A stretch of 64,000 bases of DNA from Amphiscolops sp. MND2022. Its lineage: Eukaryota. The translations under genes were made by a program, and so were the position numbers. Below the pieces are notes generated by a model, which ran no database searches, was not told where the DNA came from, and saw only the letters and a program-made list of their open reading frames with translations. Below are positions 39,033 to 51,125 of this stretch, piece after piece (position 1 is the first letter of the stretch; each line of letters opens with the position of its first letter). The stretch is taken from NCBI GenBank assembly GCA_964187785.1, contig OZ076409.1:38876001-38940000 (forward strand), read 5' to 3'.

Positions 39033-39817
39033 GCTTCATTAAAAGTATTAACGAAACAGCAATCATTTTAATAATTTTTATTGCAAACGCATTATAAAAA
39101 TGTGAATTTTGCATTGTCCAATGAACCGTTTTTTAAACTTGAATGAGAAAATCAAGTTTCAAAAAAGACTAGAGGGAAATGATTGGATAACCCTGTCAGT
39201 GGTTTTCCACTAGTTGACCATCTTACTAGCATCTTGGCTGTATTGGCAAGATCTTGCCATGACTTAGTGTCAGGTGTCTAAAAAATCATCATTCTGCTGG
39301 TTTAAATTGGATTTCACTGTCTAAAACGAACAATAAATTACCTCAAAACAATGGCTTCTACCAATTCAAGTTTTCAAATTATTTCGCTTTTCCATAAAAC
39401 CATTATTTACAATAAACAAGCTCTTAACGACCCGGAATCAACATCAAATGGTTTTCATGTACCAATCGAAATTTTGAAATCTCCGTTTTTTCAGGTCAAA
39501 TTCGATTTGAAAATAATGATTTACACTGGTAATGCTTAATAAGAAATTTGCTATTAGTTCCTTGGGTGCCAAAATGTACTAAGACATTGGCAAAATCTTA
39601 CCATTACAGCCAAGATGCTAGTAAGATGGTCAACTAGTGGAGAACCACTGACAGGGTTATCCAATTATTTCCCTCTAGTCTTTTTAGAAGCTTGATTTTC
39701 TCATTCAAGTTTAAAAAACAGTTCATTGGACAATCCAAATTTTACATTTTTATAATGCGTTTGCAATAATAAGAATATTAAATTGATTGCTATTTCGTTA
39801 ATACTTTTAAGGTAGCT
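39033..39817. repeat. Fold-back structure with ~240-bp inverted arms
   Basis: 39033-39275 is the diverged reverse complement of 39575-39817; inner part starts CCCTGTCAG / ends CTGACAGGG. Confidence 0.85.
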
Positions 39818-41624
39818 TTCTCCAGCTTTCTCCAGGTCATCGAAAATTAAAATAACGGAAAATCATTTTATCCCAAAAAGATTAATGAGTTTTGCTTTCT
39901 TTTTGATTGGATTGCTCTCATCCAATTGGATATTAAGATAATAATTCCATTTTTTTTTGATGTAATGAACCTCCAGTCATGGAACAAAATGAATGAAACG
40001 GAAAAATTCTCTATGACCGTTTTCGGATTTGGTTCACTGATCCTCGGATAATAATTTACTAATTTCTGTATTCACCCTTTTTGAATGGTCTCGGCGAAAT
40101 TTGATCAACATTTTATTACCAAAAACTTTCTCAAGTTCTTCAATTTCCATTTACAGCTATTTTTGAATCGAAACATAATTGGGGCTGTGCTTCAACTTGT
40201 TCTATTCCCTAGTAAGAGGTTCGTCGTATTGATACTCGCTTTGATGAATCGATTCGGTTTCAAATAGGCCCGAACGCAGTGTAATAGACCCCAGGCGATC
40301 CTGAGACAACAGTAGCGTTCTAGAATGTCGCAATTCCATTGCTTAAATTAACAAAATTCAAAACGAAATGCTTCGTAGGTTGTCACAAATACAAATATTT
40401 GTCAGGTGCAAAATTTTCATTGAATTTCATCTAGTTTACAAAAACGTTCATTTGAAATTTCTAGGACCCGCATTAAAAATGTTAGAAACTGAAAATTTTA
40501 AGAAACTTGAGTTTGTTTCGAACTTTGAGTGGATTAAAATCAAAAATTTTGGACATTTGTTTATTCGGAGACTCTTTGTAGTCTTCCAAACCTACTGAAT
40601 TGTCCTGATTGGGAATTTGTTTCTAGAAAAAGTGTACCCTATTTTGAGCCTATAAGCATAGCATTACAATTTTAAAATAGGCTATGAGAATTGTATTTAG
40701 AAATTTGATTGTTTTTATTTTAAATCGAAGAGAAAAGATATCCTTGAAAACAGAAAAGATATCATTTCTATCTTCTTAAATTTTTGTAGCAAAATTTTCA
40801 AACATTTTGAACAAGAGAAAAAATTTCAGGAATCTTGCCCTAGCTTACAATTGTTTGTGTTCCTGGCAGCAATGGAGTTGCAATACTTCAGAACGCTGAT
40901 GTGTTTATTCTAGGGTTTCAACACAAATAAACTTTTGAGACCCAAACATTTTTTCTTGCTTCAAAACCACCAGTTCAAATTCCATCCGACACAACTTGCA
41001 CAACTTCTTTGAGAATTTTGAAACGATAATCAAAATCGGCCCCTTTTTGGAACCCTTTAAATGTCAGCAGAAAATTGTTACTGTACAAAATATAAAAACT
41101 CCCGATGAATGTCACTTTTATGCTGTCATTTTGCATCATTAAATTTAGAAGTGCACTGGACCTTAAATTTTCCGGTTACCTGTCGGACAGGACAGTAATC
41201 CTTCAAGTGCTTGGGGGATGTGTCCGGACTATGAGTGTGCCGGCACGTCGATCTGGAGTTCTGAAAGGAGGAATATATAAAAATCGACTCCATTTCCCAT
41301 GTCAACGTTGATTTTGCTGGACGTTACAAAAACTTTTTAAAACCGTCATAACGTCCAACTGGTTTCAATTTTTACATCAGAATCAATACAGCCTAATTTA
41401 GTTAACAAATGAAGTACGGGATATTCCATTTTAGAAAAGAAAACAGTCAAAAAAGTTTTAGAGGTCTTCCGAGAAAGTGGTAGCTGGTATCAATAGCTGT
41501 TCAATGATAGATATCATTACGGCACAAAAATACTAAGGCCACATTTCTTGAACAATAAAATTAAGACTTTGATAGAAAAACTTTTTGAGAGGTTCAAAAT
41601 TGGTGAAAGAATAAGTTGACTTAC

Positions 41625-41873
41625 CATTAGATCAGCACAAGCCAATGATACGACCAAGTAATTTGTCTTGCTGCGTAAAGATTTTTCTTTCTTGACTGCG
41701 TAAACAGTTATAGAGTTTCCAGCCAATGTTACTATGCTTATTACAAACAGCAGTAGAGCGATTGAGATTCGGTAAAAACCAGATGTTTCCATCTTGGAGG
41801 GTGATTGTTTGTCAACATAAGACCAGTTCCATTCTGCGGGGAAGCTTTCACTGCTTGCTGTAGAAACATTCAT
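41625..41873 (-). CDS. Class A (rhodopsin-like, aminergic-type) GPCR, first coding exon (N-terminus, TM1, start of TM2)
   Basis: NVS sequon; TM1 ...VTLAGNSITV; LRSKTNYLVVSLACADLM; phase-0 donor ATG|GTAAGT at 41624; candidate upstream acceptor TTTTGTTCAG near 42174. Confidence 0.88.
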
Positions 41874-42904
41874 TATATTGAATTATTCATAAAGCAACTT
41901 TCGAAGTCAGCATGTTCCAACTATGAAAAGTAGTAAAAATAATTGAAGTATTGGTATTTGTAAATATTTGATATATCCTTGATGTGGGAACTTGCAGAAT
42001 AGAAGACAGTCTGTTAGTTTGTCGTCTCCATAGTTTCAGTAGTTCATTTTTGATCATTTAAGGTCAATGCTTCTTGAACTATTTCTTGACTCAATTTCGT
42101 CAAGTTCCAATTTCGTGAATCCGTTAGTTACTTTGAATTGAAGGCAAATTAAAATAGTATGACATTGTTCAACCTGAACAAAAGACGTTTGATTCTATTC
42201 CTCAAATTTCTTAATTAGGAAACTTAGCAATGATGAAAGAATAGATGCTAGAAGAAAATAGGAGCAATTCAAGAGTAACTGAAAGCGAAAAACAAAAAAG
42301 AAAATCACTTGAAGAAATTTAATGAAAAATGATTGAAGATGAAGTATTGATTCAAGAGAGCGTGAACAATTCGTTTCCTCTCGACTCGATGATAATTCTA
42401 CAAAAACCGCTATTTTGGATGAAAATTTGAGATGGTATCTTTGATATCTTCAAAATCGCTCAAAGTGATGAAAGCATTCGAATATTTGTTATTCCATCAA
42501 GCATAACAATTTTAGGCTTTTTCGTTAAACTGATTCGTTCAAATTTTGTTCAAAGCATTTTCCTCGGATTTTTAAACCAATCACAAATTTGCATCAGCGC
42601 GTCTCCGGAGAAATATATTTGTCAGGGAAATCTTACTTGGTAGTGATCGGTGTAACCTGCACAGAATTGTGAAGAAATAATTATTTATTTTCGAAGTGAT
42701 TTCTGCAGAAAACTCAACCGCCAAGAATGGAACAAAGTTGTTGGAAATAAATCGAAAATAAAAGTAAACGTTGCAACAAGTTTTGCAACTACGTTGCAAT
42801 TTTAATAGTCGATAGCCAACACCTTTAGTTGTTTAAAAACACATTGTAGTAAAGCGAATTTCAGAAAAATTCATTGCTATAGAGTAAGTTGCAGTGTACC
42901 AAAA

Positions 42905-43620
42905 ATAACGGACCATGTTTCTTATTCCCTAGGGAGAGCTCTTCCCCAAGCCCCAAACGGCCGCGCGGTGTATAAAAAGCAAGGTTCAAATACCACTATG
43001 TCGACATCGCTTGCACTGAAATTTCTGTCCAATAAAATTATTAATGTGGACATAATCCTATCTTTTACATTGATTTACTGTTAAAAGTGGACCATGTCAT
43101 CTATCCCCCCGACCTACACCCCCCCCCCCCCAGGTACACCTTCTTAGGAATTTTTCCCCCAACACGAAAGCACATTTGTTCTTGAATAAAAATATTTCAC
43201 TAATAAGAGATAATTTTATGAATGTATATACTTAGAGGGGTTGTCTCTACAACTGTTTGGACACTTCAGGTAAAAAAATTACCAAAATTTTTTGATAATT
43301 TTGTCCAAAATAGCAGAAATTCACGTTTTGAACAAGCTGAAATCGCATAAAAAGGCTTCTATTTCAGCGCAAATTTTGTCCGCTATAAAATCTAATGAGC
43401 AACTTTTAACTGACAGTCAATGTGATGGATAGGATTATGTCGACATCAATTAATTTATTGGACCAAAATTTCAACGCAAACTATGTCGACATAATGGTAT
43501 TTGAACCTTCTGTCTTTTTTCCCCCCGGCCGCATTTTTTTTTTGGGGGGGGGGGCTGGAAATAGATGACATGGTCCTTAAAAGTTATTCTTTGCAATTTA
43601 TAATGAACATGGTCCAAAAA
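42905..43620. repeat. Nested MITE-like repeats; same family fragment also at ~10130-10300 and ~17150-17310
   Basis: AAGGTTCAAATACCA...GAAATTT.GTCCAATA block forward at 42981 and reversed at 43405-43510; GGACCATGTCATCTAT / ATAGATGACATGGTCC inverted pair 43089-43576. Confidence 0.55.
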
Positions 43621-45134
43621 CAATAATCTCAACTTTCATGTTCTAAAGGAAAATTTTGGATAATTCTGTCAGATTTACCGAAAATAATATGTGCCAATTA
43701 TTCCGTGACGTTATGCAGCTTCTGCTGAAAATTGTTGCTAGGTATCCCATGTTTTCAGACTGGGTGAAAATGTGAGTTTAGGAGAACTTCCTTAGAAATA
43801 TTTGGTTGCAATTTTTTCTCACCAATCACCAATTTGGTAATTTAATCTAATCTTCATCCTTTCAGCTGTGAAATCGTTTAGTGTTTTTGATGTAACATTT
43901 ACAGCGCTTGTTCACGAAACAAAAAGGTCATCAGCGCCTTTTTAGTGTTCCGTGACGTCATGCAAGAACTGACAAAAATTAGAAAGTGCAAAATCTCAGA
44001 AAGACTTGAAGCGAACAAGACAATAAGTGATTCTCAAAAATCGTTAACGGTACTGACGACCGACGCAAAAAAACGGGTGGAAAAAATTGATGACAAATAA
44101 TAAATTCATTTCACCCTTCGATAATTTCATCCCACAGTCATTTCACCCATTTTTAGTGGATATATTTTGAGAGAAATGTACAGGACTATTAAAGTGACTA
44201 GTGTTTTATCAAATGACAAAGTAATTTAATGGTCCACTTTTTGCACAGCCCGGGTCGACCCTCCATGGATATCTTAGTAAGATCTTGGCAAGATCGTGCC
44301 AAAATATTGCTAAGAATTGCAAAATGTCATAGTAAGATCTTATCAAGACAGTCATGTTTCCAAGAAAAATCTTACTAAGCCCAATATGACAAGAAAAACT
44401 TTACGAACTGCTTTATATCGGGAAAAAGTAGAATTAGAAAAACAATTTAGATTAAAAGTTATGGAAAAATAACCTAGAAATCACTCAAAACAATAAAATT
44501 ACTGAACGATCTTTACAACCACTACAAAAACATTTAAAAAAATCACTGATTTAATTCTCACACCGCCGGAATAACATCTCACATTACTGAATTTACTTAA
44601 AAATCACAGGAATAACCAGGATCTAAAAGCACTGGAAGAACATTTAAAACTAATGAATTAAGAACTACAACTACTGGAATATCTATGAATCACAGGAATA
44701 ACATCTAAAGTTCACTGCTCATATCTGAAAAGCACTGGAAGAACATTTAAAGCCACTGATTTAGATCTGAGAACAAAAGAATAAAGATTAAATTCACTAA
44801 AATAGGATATAAAGTTCCAAAAATGACAATATTTCGCAAAATTCATCCTGAAAACCCCCGAAAGAGTTAAAAAACATGGTTGTCGGTTTTCATTTAAACG
44901 TAGTAAGATCTAAAGACACTAGAATAAGGTCTAAAAATCCCCAGAACAATGATGTTTTGTTCGATTTTATCCAAGAGAATTTGGATTTTACAGGATGAAG
45001 CATAGTATATTGAACAAACTGTCCTGAGACATTATGATATTTACTAATTAGTCTCAAGTACCTGTTACTATTTTATTATGCTTACGAGGTAAACTTTACT
45101 CAGTAGCAATTGATGAGATATAAAAAACATTTAT

Positions 45135-45671
45135 AAACAAGACGGGAACGTCCCAAGTCGGCGCCATATCTTAGGCTCAAAAATATTCAAGGAACAACTA
45201 TTGGAAAAATTTGGAAAAAAACATATTTTTTTTTCAAAAAAATTATTTTTGAATTTTTTTTCGAAAAAAGTTTTTTTTTTAAGTCGCACAATGCCGAAAA
45301 ACTCAAAAAGAGTCCATTCAGGCTCATTCAACGTTTTCTACAAACCGAAAAATGCAAGGGGGTACCCTTTGAAAAATTTCGAAAATTTTCGAAAAAAGTC
45401 GCATAGTGCCGAAAAAAAACCCAAGGGGGGACCCTTTGGTCTCACCTGTACTTTTGGAAGCATTAAAAAATTTATGGTTTAGTGCGAGAATCGAACCCAC
45501 GCTCTCCAGCTGGGTCGAAGATGGAAGATGAACAAATATGAAAGATGAACAAATTGTAAGAAAAGTGGACCACTCAGAGTGAGATTGTCAACTGAAAAAA
45601 AAAACAAAAAAAAAACTACTCACTGTAAGAGTCGGGCTTTTTTCCTTAAGGGAAAAGGCGCCGACTAAAAA
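45135..45671 (+). mobile_element. Helentron/DINE-like non-autonomous repeat (best-preserved copy)
   Basis: Subterminal inverted repeat AGTCGGCGCC (45156) / GGCGCCGACT (45657); 3' stem-loop 45630-45666; A-run at both ends. Confidence 0.65.
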
Positions 45672-45699
45672 CACAAATTCCTGTATTCTAAAGTTACAA

Positions 45700-46430
45700 C
45701 GTGGCGCAGTCAGTGCCAGTTTAACTGACAATTACTCCAAAATCAACAAAAGGTTATCCATTTAATGCGACTCATCAAAGAAAGGACGACAGCAACAAAA
45801 CCTCCCCACAAACAGGGGGGACAGCAGAATCGAATCAATCCGATCAATTTTAGACAACCGATCAATCTACAAGCAGCCGGTTGATATCTAATGAGACGAC
45901 ACTGAGAGCGGGGACTGGACGTGTACCCAGACACTATCAATTCCCAGCTTAGAAAGCACGACAGTTCCAGAGCGAACTTTTGGTGGCGGAAATTTGTCCA
46001 ACATATCAAGATGACAAAGGACATCGATCTTTCAACTATGACTAACTCGAAGGAAGTAGTTCCACAATACGGCGATCAACTGGAACGTGAGATCAAAGAC
46101 ACATTTCTATGGGCGATAAGACAAAGTACATTAACAGAGATGACGAAAACTGTGAGAGAACGGGAACCTAGCGCCCTACCGTTATACAAACTATACACTC
46201 TGTTCCGACTACTATTCACATCGGAAAGAAATGTACAACACAGCCGGTCTGATTTCTTCGATTTGAAAAGAGAAACAAATGAAACAGCCCTGGATGTATG
46301 GAAAGGAATCGTGGAAGTTGAAAAAATTGCGAATTGGAAACTTTTACAGCAGGCGAGTTTTTAGCCTCGACATTCACTTAAAGGATGATCCACAGTGGAT
46401 TACGAGCTGAAAAAGAAAATCCGGAAAAAG
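45700..46430 (+). pseudogene. LTR-retrotransposon 5' internal fragment: PBS-like TGGCGCAGTC and gag-like remnant
   Basis: TGGCGCAGTCAG at 45702; ORF 45921-46364 with ...HSRSDFFDLKRETNET...CE pattern typical of Gypsy capsid. Confidence 0.55.
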
Positions 46431-47030
46431 TCAGTGGTTAATTTGGTGATTTTAGATCTTATTTTGTTTACCGTCCTGAAATTTAGATCTCATTCTCTTT
46501 TTGATCTAAATAAGATCTTAAATTCTCAGTAGTAAGATCTAAAGGGAATAAGTTCTAAAAACATTCAATCTAAAGTGTAAACATTGAAATCTAAATGTTA
46601 GATCTTATTCCCCCTTCTAAAGAATAAGATTCAAAGGGAATAAGATCTAAAACTTGAGAACTTATTTCCCTTTGAAAGCAGGTCAATTTTTCAAAGGAAT
46701 GTTTCTTTATTAGTCAATTTTTCAAATTTTTTAGACCATATTCCCGGCTCCCGAAATAAAGGTCTACACTGAAAAAGCGCGTAAAGACCCGGCATTAGAA
46801 TTTGGAGCTCTCGATCGAAATTTTGAAATCTTAGAATTTTTCTATCTTAGTAAGGTTCGATCTTGGGAAAAAATAATGATACATCTTGGTAGGATCTTTG
46901 TACGAATCTTTACCATCGGATGCATTGTTGCCAAAAAGTAGTGAGAATTTGGCAAGATCTTGCCATGGCATTCCAGATGCTAATAAGAGGGTCAAGCCGG
47001 GAGGTTTTGATCTTTTCTCTCTTTGGTTAC

Positions 47031-48057
47031 TGTCATGCCTGATGCATGAAAATACAAACATCGATGTAGATAACTATCGTACATACAAAAGTGAAGGAAT
47101 AAACCGACGAACTGAGAACGAACACTGAAGAAGAAAAAGAATGTAGTGAATCAAACCACATCACAAAACTTGAACTCGAATTTACCAAATGCATCATCGT
47201 TATAAAATCTCCAAACAACTTTGCTATATTCACCCATATTTCATACATGTACTGCATATACTTTGTAAACCAAACTCGCAACATTTTAGTTGGCTAAGAA
47301 AGTAATGTAGGTGATGTACCATCATCAGATTTTTCCTTTCAATATTATTAGTCAAGTGATTAACATATGCAATATCCATTCACTCATATGATGCTAGTAG
47401 TGTAACCACATTAAAATACCAAGTATTGAGTCATGTAACTATAGCAACGCAATTCAACGCAATTGAATTTTTATTTCGGTGCTACGCCAAAATTTCGCAA
47501 TTACCAACCAAGGTGTGAACGAACACTAAGATATGATTGGTTGATGTGGTCACGTGACCAACGTCGCCATAATTGACACCAGCCAATATAGTACCATCAG
47601 TAGATTTTGTGTAGTTATTACGTACAGTTGCTTATCACATTAGTTCTCGATATCGCAAAATTCAACATTTCCAACCTACTACTATCAACATTCAATAAAA
47701 TCTTAAAACTCCATTTATTTTTCACAATGGTCAATACTCGTTCCCAAGTAAGAAGTTCTATCTCAGTGTTTATGAGCGGAATGGATAAGCATGACAGAAG
47801 TAGCGATACAGAAAGTGAATGTAGTGTCCCTGAGGTCCTTTCTAGAGACCAAAATGATGAGTTAGACAATGGGAACCTTATCCGTACTGATAACAACTCA
47901 GAGCAAAGATCGATCGATCAACGCTTCTCAGACATGAATAAACAAATTAGCGATCTTACTGGATTAGTTTTGGCATTAACTGAAAAGTTATCCTCCAATA
48001 TTGGAGAAGGGAACAATCAGAGTACAGCGTCAGATAAAGCCTGTGCACGTTCCGACA
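47031..48057 (+). mobile_element. Solo LTR (1027 bp) containing a gag-like 5' ORF (ATG 47727, MVNTRSQ...)
   Basis: TGTC...GACA termini; GTTAC TSD at 47026-47030 and 48058-48062; ORF runs out of the LTR end. Confidence 0.85.
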
Positions 48058-48358
48058 GTTACTGTGCGTGACTGGAAAGCAGACTTCATTGGTTCGAGTT
48101 CCGCGCTGATCTAAAATTTTTGATCAAAAGAAACGGTGTTTGTGAACCATTTTCAGTTTTGGATGGTCTATTTTCAGTAAGAATTCCAGTTAAAGCGCAG
48201 ATATTACTTTGCGAAAGTTGGCTATAGATTGTCCAATATATTTCAATGCCATTTGATTGAATTTTTTGTACATTTAATGACCGACAGGATTGTGTTCAAC
48301 ACTAAAAGTTACATTTCAACAATTTTATGGCTATGCTAATTTTTAATTTTTTCATAAG

Positions 48359-50001
48359 TGTCGCAGGCTGCCGCCTGTGACGGGATTTATTATCAAATTC
48401 CCCAAGAATATGCAGAATCCAACCCCCCACCCGGAGTATTGCCAATTTGAAAAACTTACGGTAAAACAATTCAAAACTATGCTTAATCTTAGCCCAACAT
48501 TACTATTTTATATTTTTACCGTGATGGACCTGTGGTCCACACGGCTACATCTCAAATTTCATTTTTACCTTACGAGAATATACTTAATTGATGAGTTCTG
48601 TGCCTGTTTGATTGATTAGATGAACTTGTAATGTAATCAATTGAATGTAAAGTAATGCTTGCTGAATAGTAGGAAACGTGTTCAAATGAACGCTTGTTGA
48701 CGTCCGGCGTACGTACCGGCCTTATTTAAATGAACCAATCAGAGTGCTGTACATTCTTATCATTATTATTGCTGTAGCCACGTGGACCGAAGGTCTACCG
48801 CGGTGCTATTAGCTGCCAATTAGTCGATGCTATTATGTGTATTGTAGCCGCGCGTACTGTCAGTCCGCGACGGTTACTACTATTTAGAGCAGTAATTTAA
48901 GTAAACTGATGTAGTTACTCGGACCTTAAGTCTATTAGTACAGTATTAATGGATGATTTGTTTGTTATGATACTTGTCAGACATGAAATATTAAAGTAAA
49001 CATGTAACTATTTAAAGCAAAATGTGCTTATTTTAGATCTAATATCACACTTACAGACCATTGGTCAATCCCTCCATTTTACCCTGATGCTATATTTAGC
49101 TGCAATTTGATGTAGTAATATTGACGTCATGTACCAAAATATAACCCGGGAGCTATTATTAGTAACATGACCAGCATAATTTTGCGGGTCATGCAGTGTG
49201 AAGTATATATAGCGGGGACCCGTAGGCCCCAGGATGATTCTTTCTGATTTCACGAAACTATCAACTACATACACTTCTGATTCAATTTGTTACGCTACGA
49301 GACTTATTGGAATAATAGACCATTAGTCAATTCATTATTAATCTCCAAAGTTAGTTCAATGCCATCAACAAGGAGACAGAAAGCCAAAGAGAGACGCTCT
49401 AGGCATTTAGACATAATGTCTGATGTAGAAAATGTTGATATAATGCTTGGTAGTTACTCTAGAGATGATGAAGAGAATAACATGAGCGAAAGTGAAATGA
49501 ATTTGGGCTCAGGGTCCAGTAGACCACAACAAAGTTCGAATGTTATAGGAGAGGATTTCAGGTCATTACTTAATACCAATAGCAGAGAAAATAGTGAAAT
49601 CACTATTGAGACCACAAGGTTGATAAATGAAGAAATTTCTAATCAAGTGACTAGAAAACTCAATGAAATCAAAACTAGTTTGAATTCCCAAATTCAGGAC
49701 GCGATTACAGTCGCAATAACCCGCACGGTGCTTCCTTCTATCCAAAACACACTAGAAACGCAGGTGAGGTCGAATTTCACCGTGGTGGACTGGGGGTCTA
49801 ACGGGCCACATCCCAGCCCAATGCCAACAGATTCCACCATAAAGGACAGAAGGTCCAGTGGGCTACACCGGAACCCCGAAGTAGGAAATTCACAAAAAAC
49901 GTGGGAAAATCGTCCCAGAACGTGCTTTGCACAGGAAAATAGTAGACTGAGGTCTAGAGAGAGTTCAACAGACTCTATGAATAGCGAACAAAATCGCGAC
50001 A
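48359..50001 (+). repeat. 5' LTR (1643 bp)
   Basis: TGTCGC...GCGACA terminal inverted repeat, immediately followed by TGG PBS; same boundaries as the TSD-flanked solo LTR at 10946-12784. Confidence 0.85.
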
Positions 50002-51125
50002 TGGTGACAGGAGCCAACCCTACCCCACATATGGTTCCTGAGTTTCTCACTGGACGTCCCATGCAATCCGGAGATCCCCTGCAACGTCAAAATTCCAACA
50101 ATAACGAGTCTCAGGTTACAATCCCCCAGGTCCCTGAGACTACAGGACCAACTACTCCTTCCGATCCCATTAACCGCCTTGCAGAAGTATTAGTTGGCAT
50201 GAACAACCGTCCATCAGCACAAACATTGATGGTACGCCCAGTCAGCACAACCACGCTGACGTTCGACGGCAAATCCGAGAAATTCGAACTCTTCGAAGAT
50301 CTCTTTCACACTATGATAAAAATGCAACCTGATATGACTGAAACAATGAAAATTAACTATTTTCATTCATTGTTACGAAAGAATGCGTTACAAACCTTTC
50401 GCAACATTAACACGGCAAACAGGCAAACTCTGGAGGACATCCTGGCAGTATTTCGCCGAAAATACGTTAAACCTGAGTCCCAGGCGACAGCCAAACACAA
50501 ATGGCACAGACTGGTGTTTGACCCAAACACCATGAAATTGCCAGACCTCCTTGAGAAATTAAATCAAGGAGCTGAAAAAGCGTTTGGCGAGAACGCCCAA
50601 GCCATGATCGATAGCCTCCTCTATGCCAAGTTGCCGTCAAAATTGAAACGCTCCGTCAATATGGCCAGACTCGAAAACGCGACCTACGAGGAAATTGTTA
50701 CCCATCTGGAACGAGAGCTTGAACTCAATGGACTTGAGGAGGGGGGTGACATCCCAGTACCAACATTGTCCACTGCCCCTACAGCAACACGACCAGGAAC
50801 TGGCCTTCTTTCCTCTGGCATTGATCCAAACATTACTTGCAACTATTGCAAGAAACCCGGACATGTCAAAGACGATTGCCGCAAACTCAAACGAAAGGAG
50901 GAACAACGCCGCAATGAAGGGCAGGATACCAAGAAAGAGTATCCCAAATGTCCAACTTGCGACAAAACAAACCACCCGGCGGAACGATGTTGGAAAGGCG
51001 CTGGAGCCCACCTCAAGCCCAAAAACCTCAAACTGGCGGACACTACAGCCGCAGATTCGTCCACCAGCCAAGAAGACGCAAACAACAAGCAAACAACCTC
51101 AATCTTAAAGAACCCAAAAAACTAG
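49359..51125 (+). CDS. gag: Gag with two CCHC zinc knuckles
   Basis: TFDGKSEKFELFEDLF capsid-like region; CNYCKKPGHVKDDC, CPTCDKTNHPAERC. Confidence 0.92.
   Translation: MPSTRRQKAKERRSRHLDIMSDVENVDIMLGSYSRDDEENNMSESEMNLGSGSSRPQQSSNVIGEDFRSLLNTNSRENSEITIETTRLINEEISNQVTRKLNEIKTSLNSQIQDAITVAITRTVLPSIQNTLETQVRSNFTVVDWGSNGPHPSPMPTDSTIKDRRSSGLHRNPEVGNSQKTWENRPRTCFAQENSRLRSRESSTDSMNSEQNRDMVTGANPTPHMVPEFLTGRPMQSGDPLQRQNSNNNESQVTIPQVPETTGPTTPSDPINRLAEVLVGMNNRPSAQTLMVRPVSTTTLTFDGKSEKFELFEDLFHTMIKMQPDMTETMKINYFHSLLRKNALQTFRNINTANRQTLEDILAVFRRKYVKPESQATAKHKWHRLVFDPNTMKLPDLLEKLNQGAEKAFGENAQAMIDSLLYAKLPSKLKRSVNMARLENATYEEIVTHLERELELNGLEEGGDIPVPTLSTAPTATRPGTGLLSSGIDPNITCNYCKKPGHVKDDCRKLKRKEEQRRNEGQDTKKEYPKCPTCDKTNHPAERCWKGAGAHLKPKNLKLADTTAADSSTSQEDANNKQTTSILKNPKN
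50002..50013 (+). promoter_or_regulatory. Primer-binding site TGGTGACAGGAG (tRNA-Leu-like, inferred)
   Basis: Directly follows the LTR-terminal CA; one mismatch from TGGTGTCAGGAG. Confidence 0.65.
51116..51122 (+). promoter_or_regulatory. Candidate -1 ribosomal frameshift heptamer A AAA AAC
   Basis: In gag frame immediately before TAG; pol is in the -1 frame and open across it. Confidence 0.6.

Larger units (their letters stand above)
44249..47001. mobile_element. Non-autonomous TIR element (CMC/EnSpm-like) with nested insertions
   Basis: CCCGGGTCGACCCTC / GAGGGTCAAGCCGGG imperfect TIRs; AG on both flanks (2-bp TSD); subterminal GGCAAGATCTTGCC-type motifs; AATAAGATCTAAA repeats. Confidence 0.55.
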
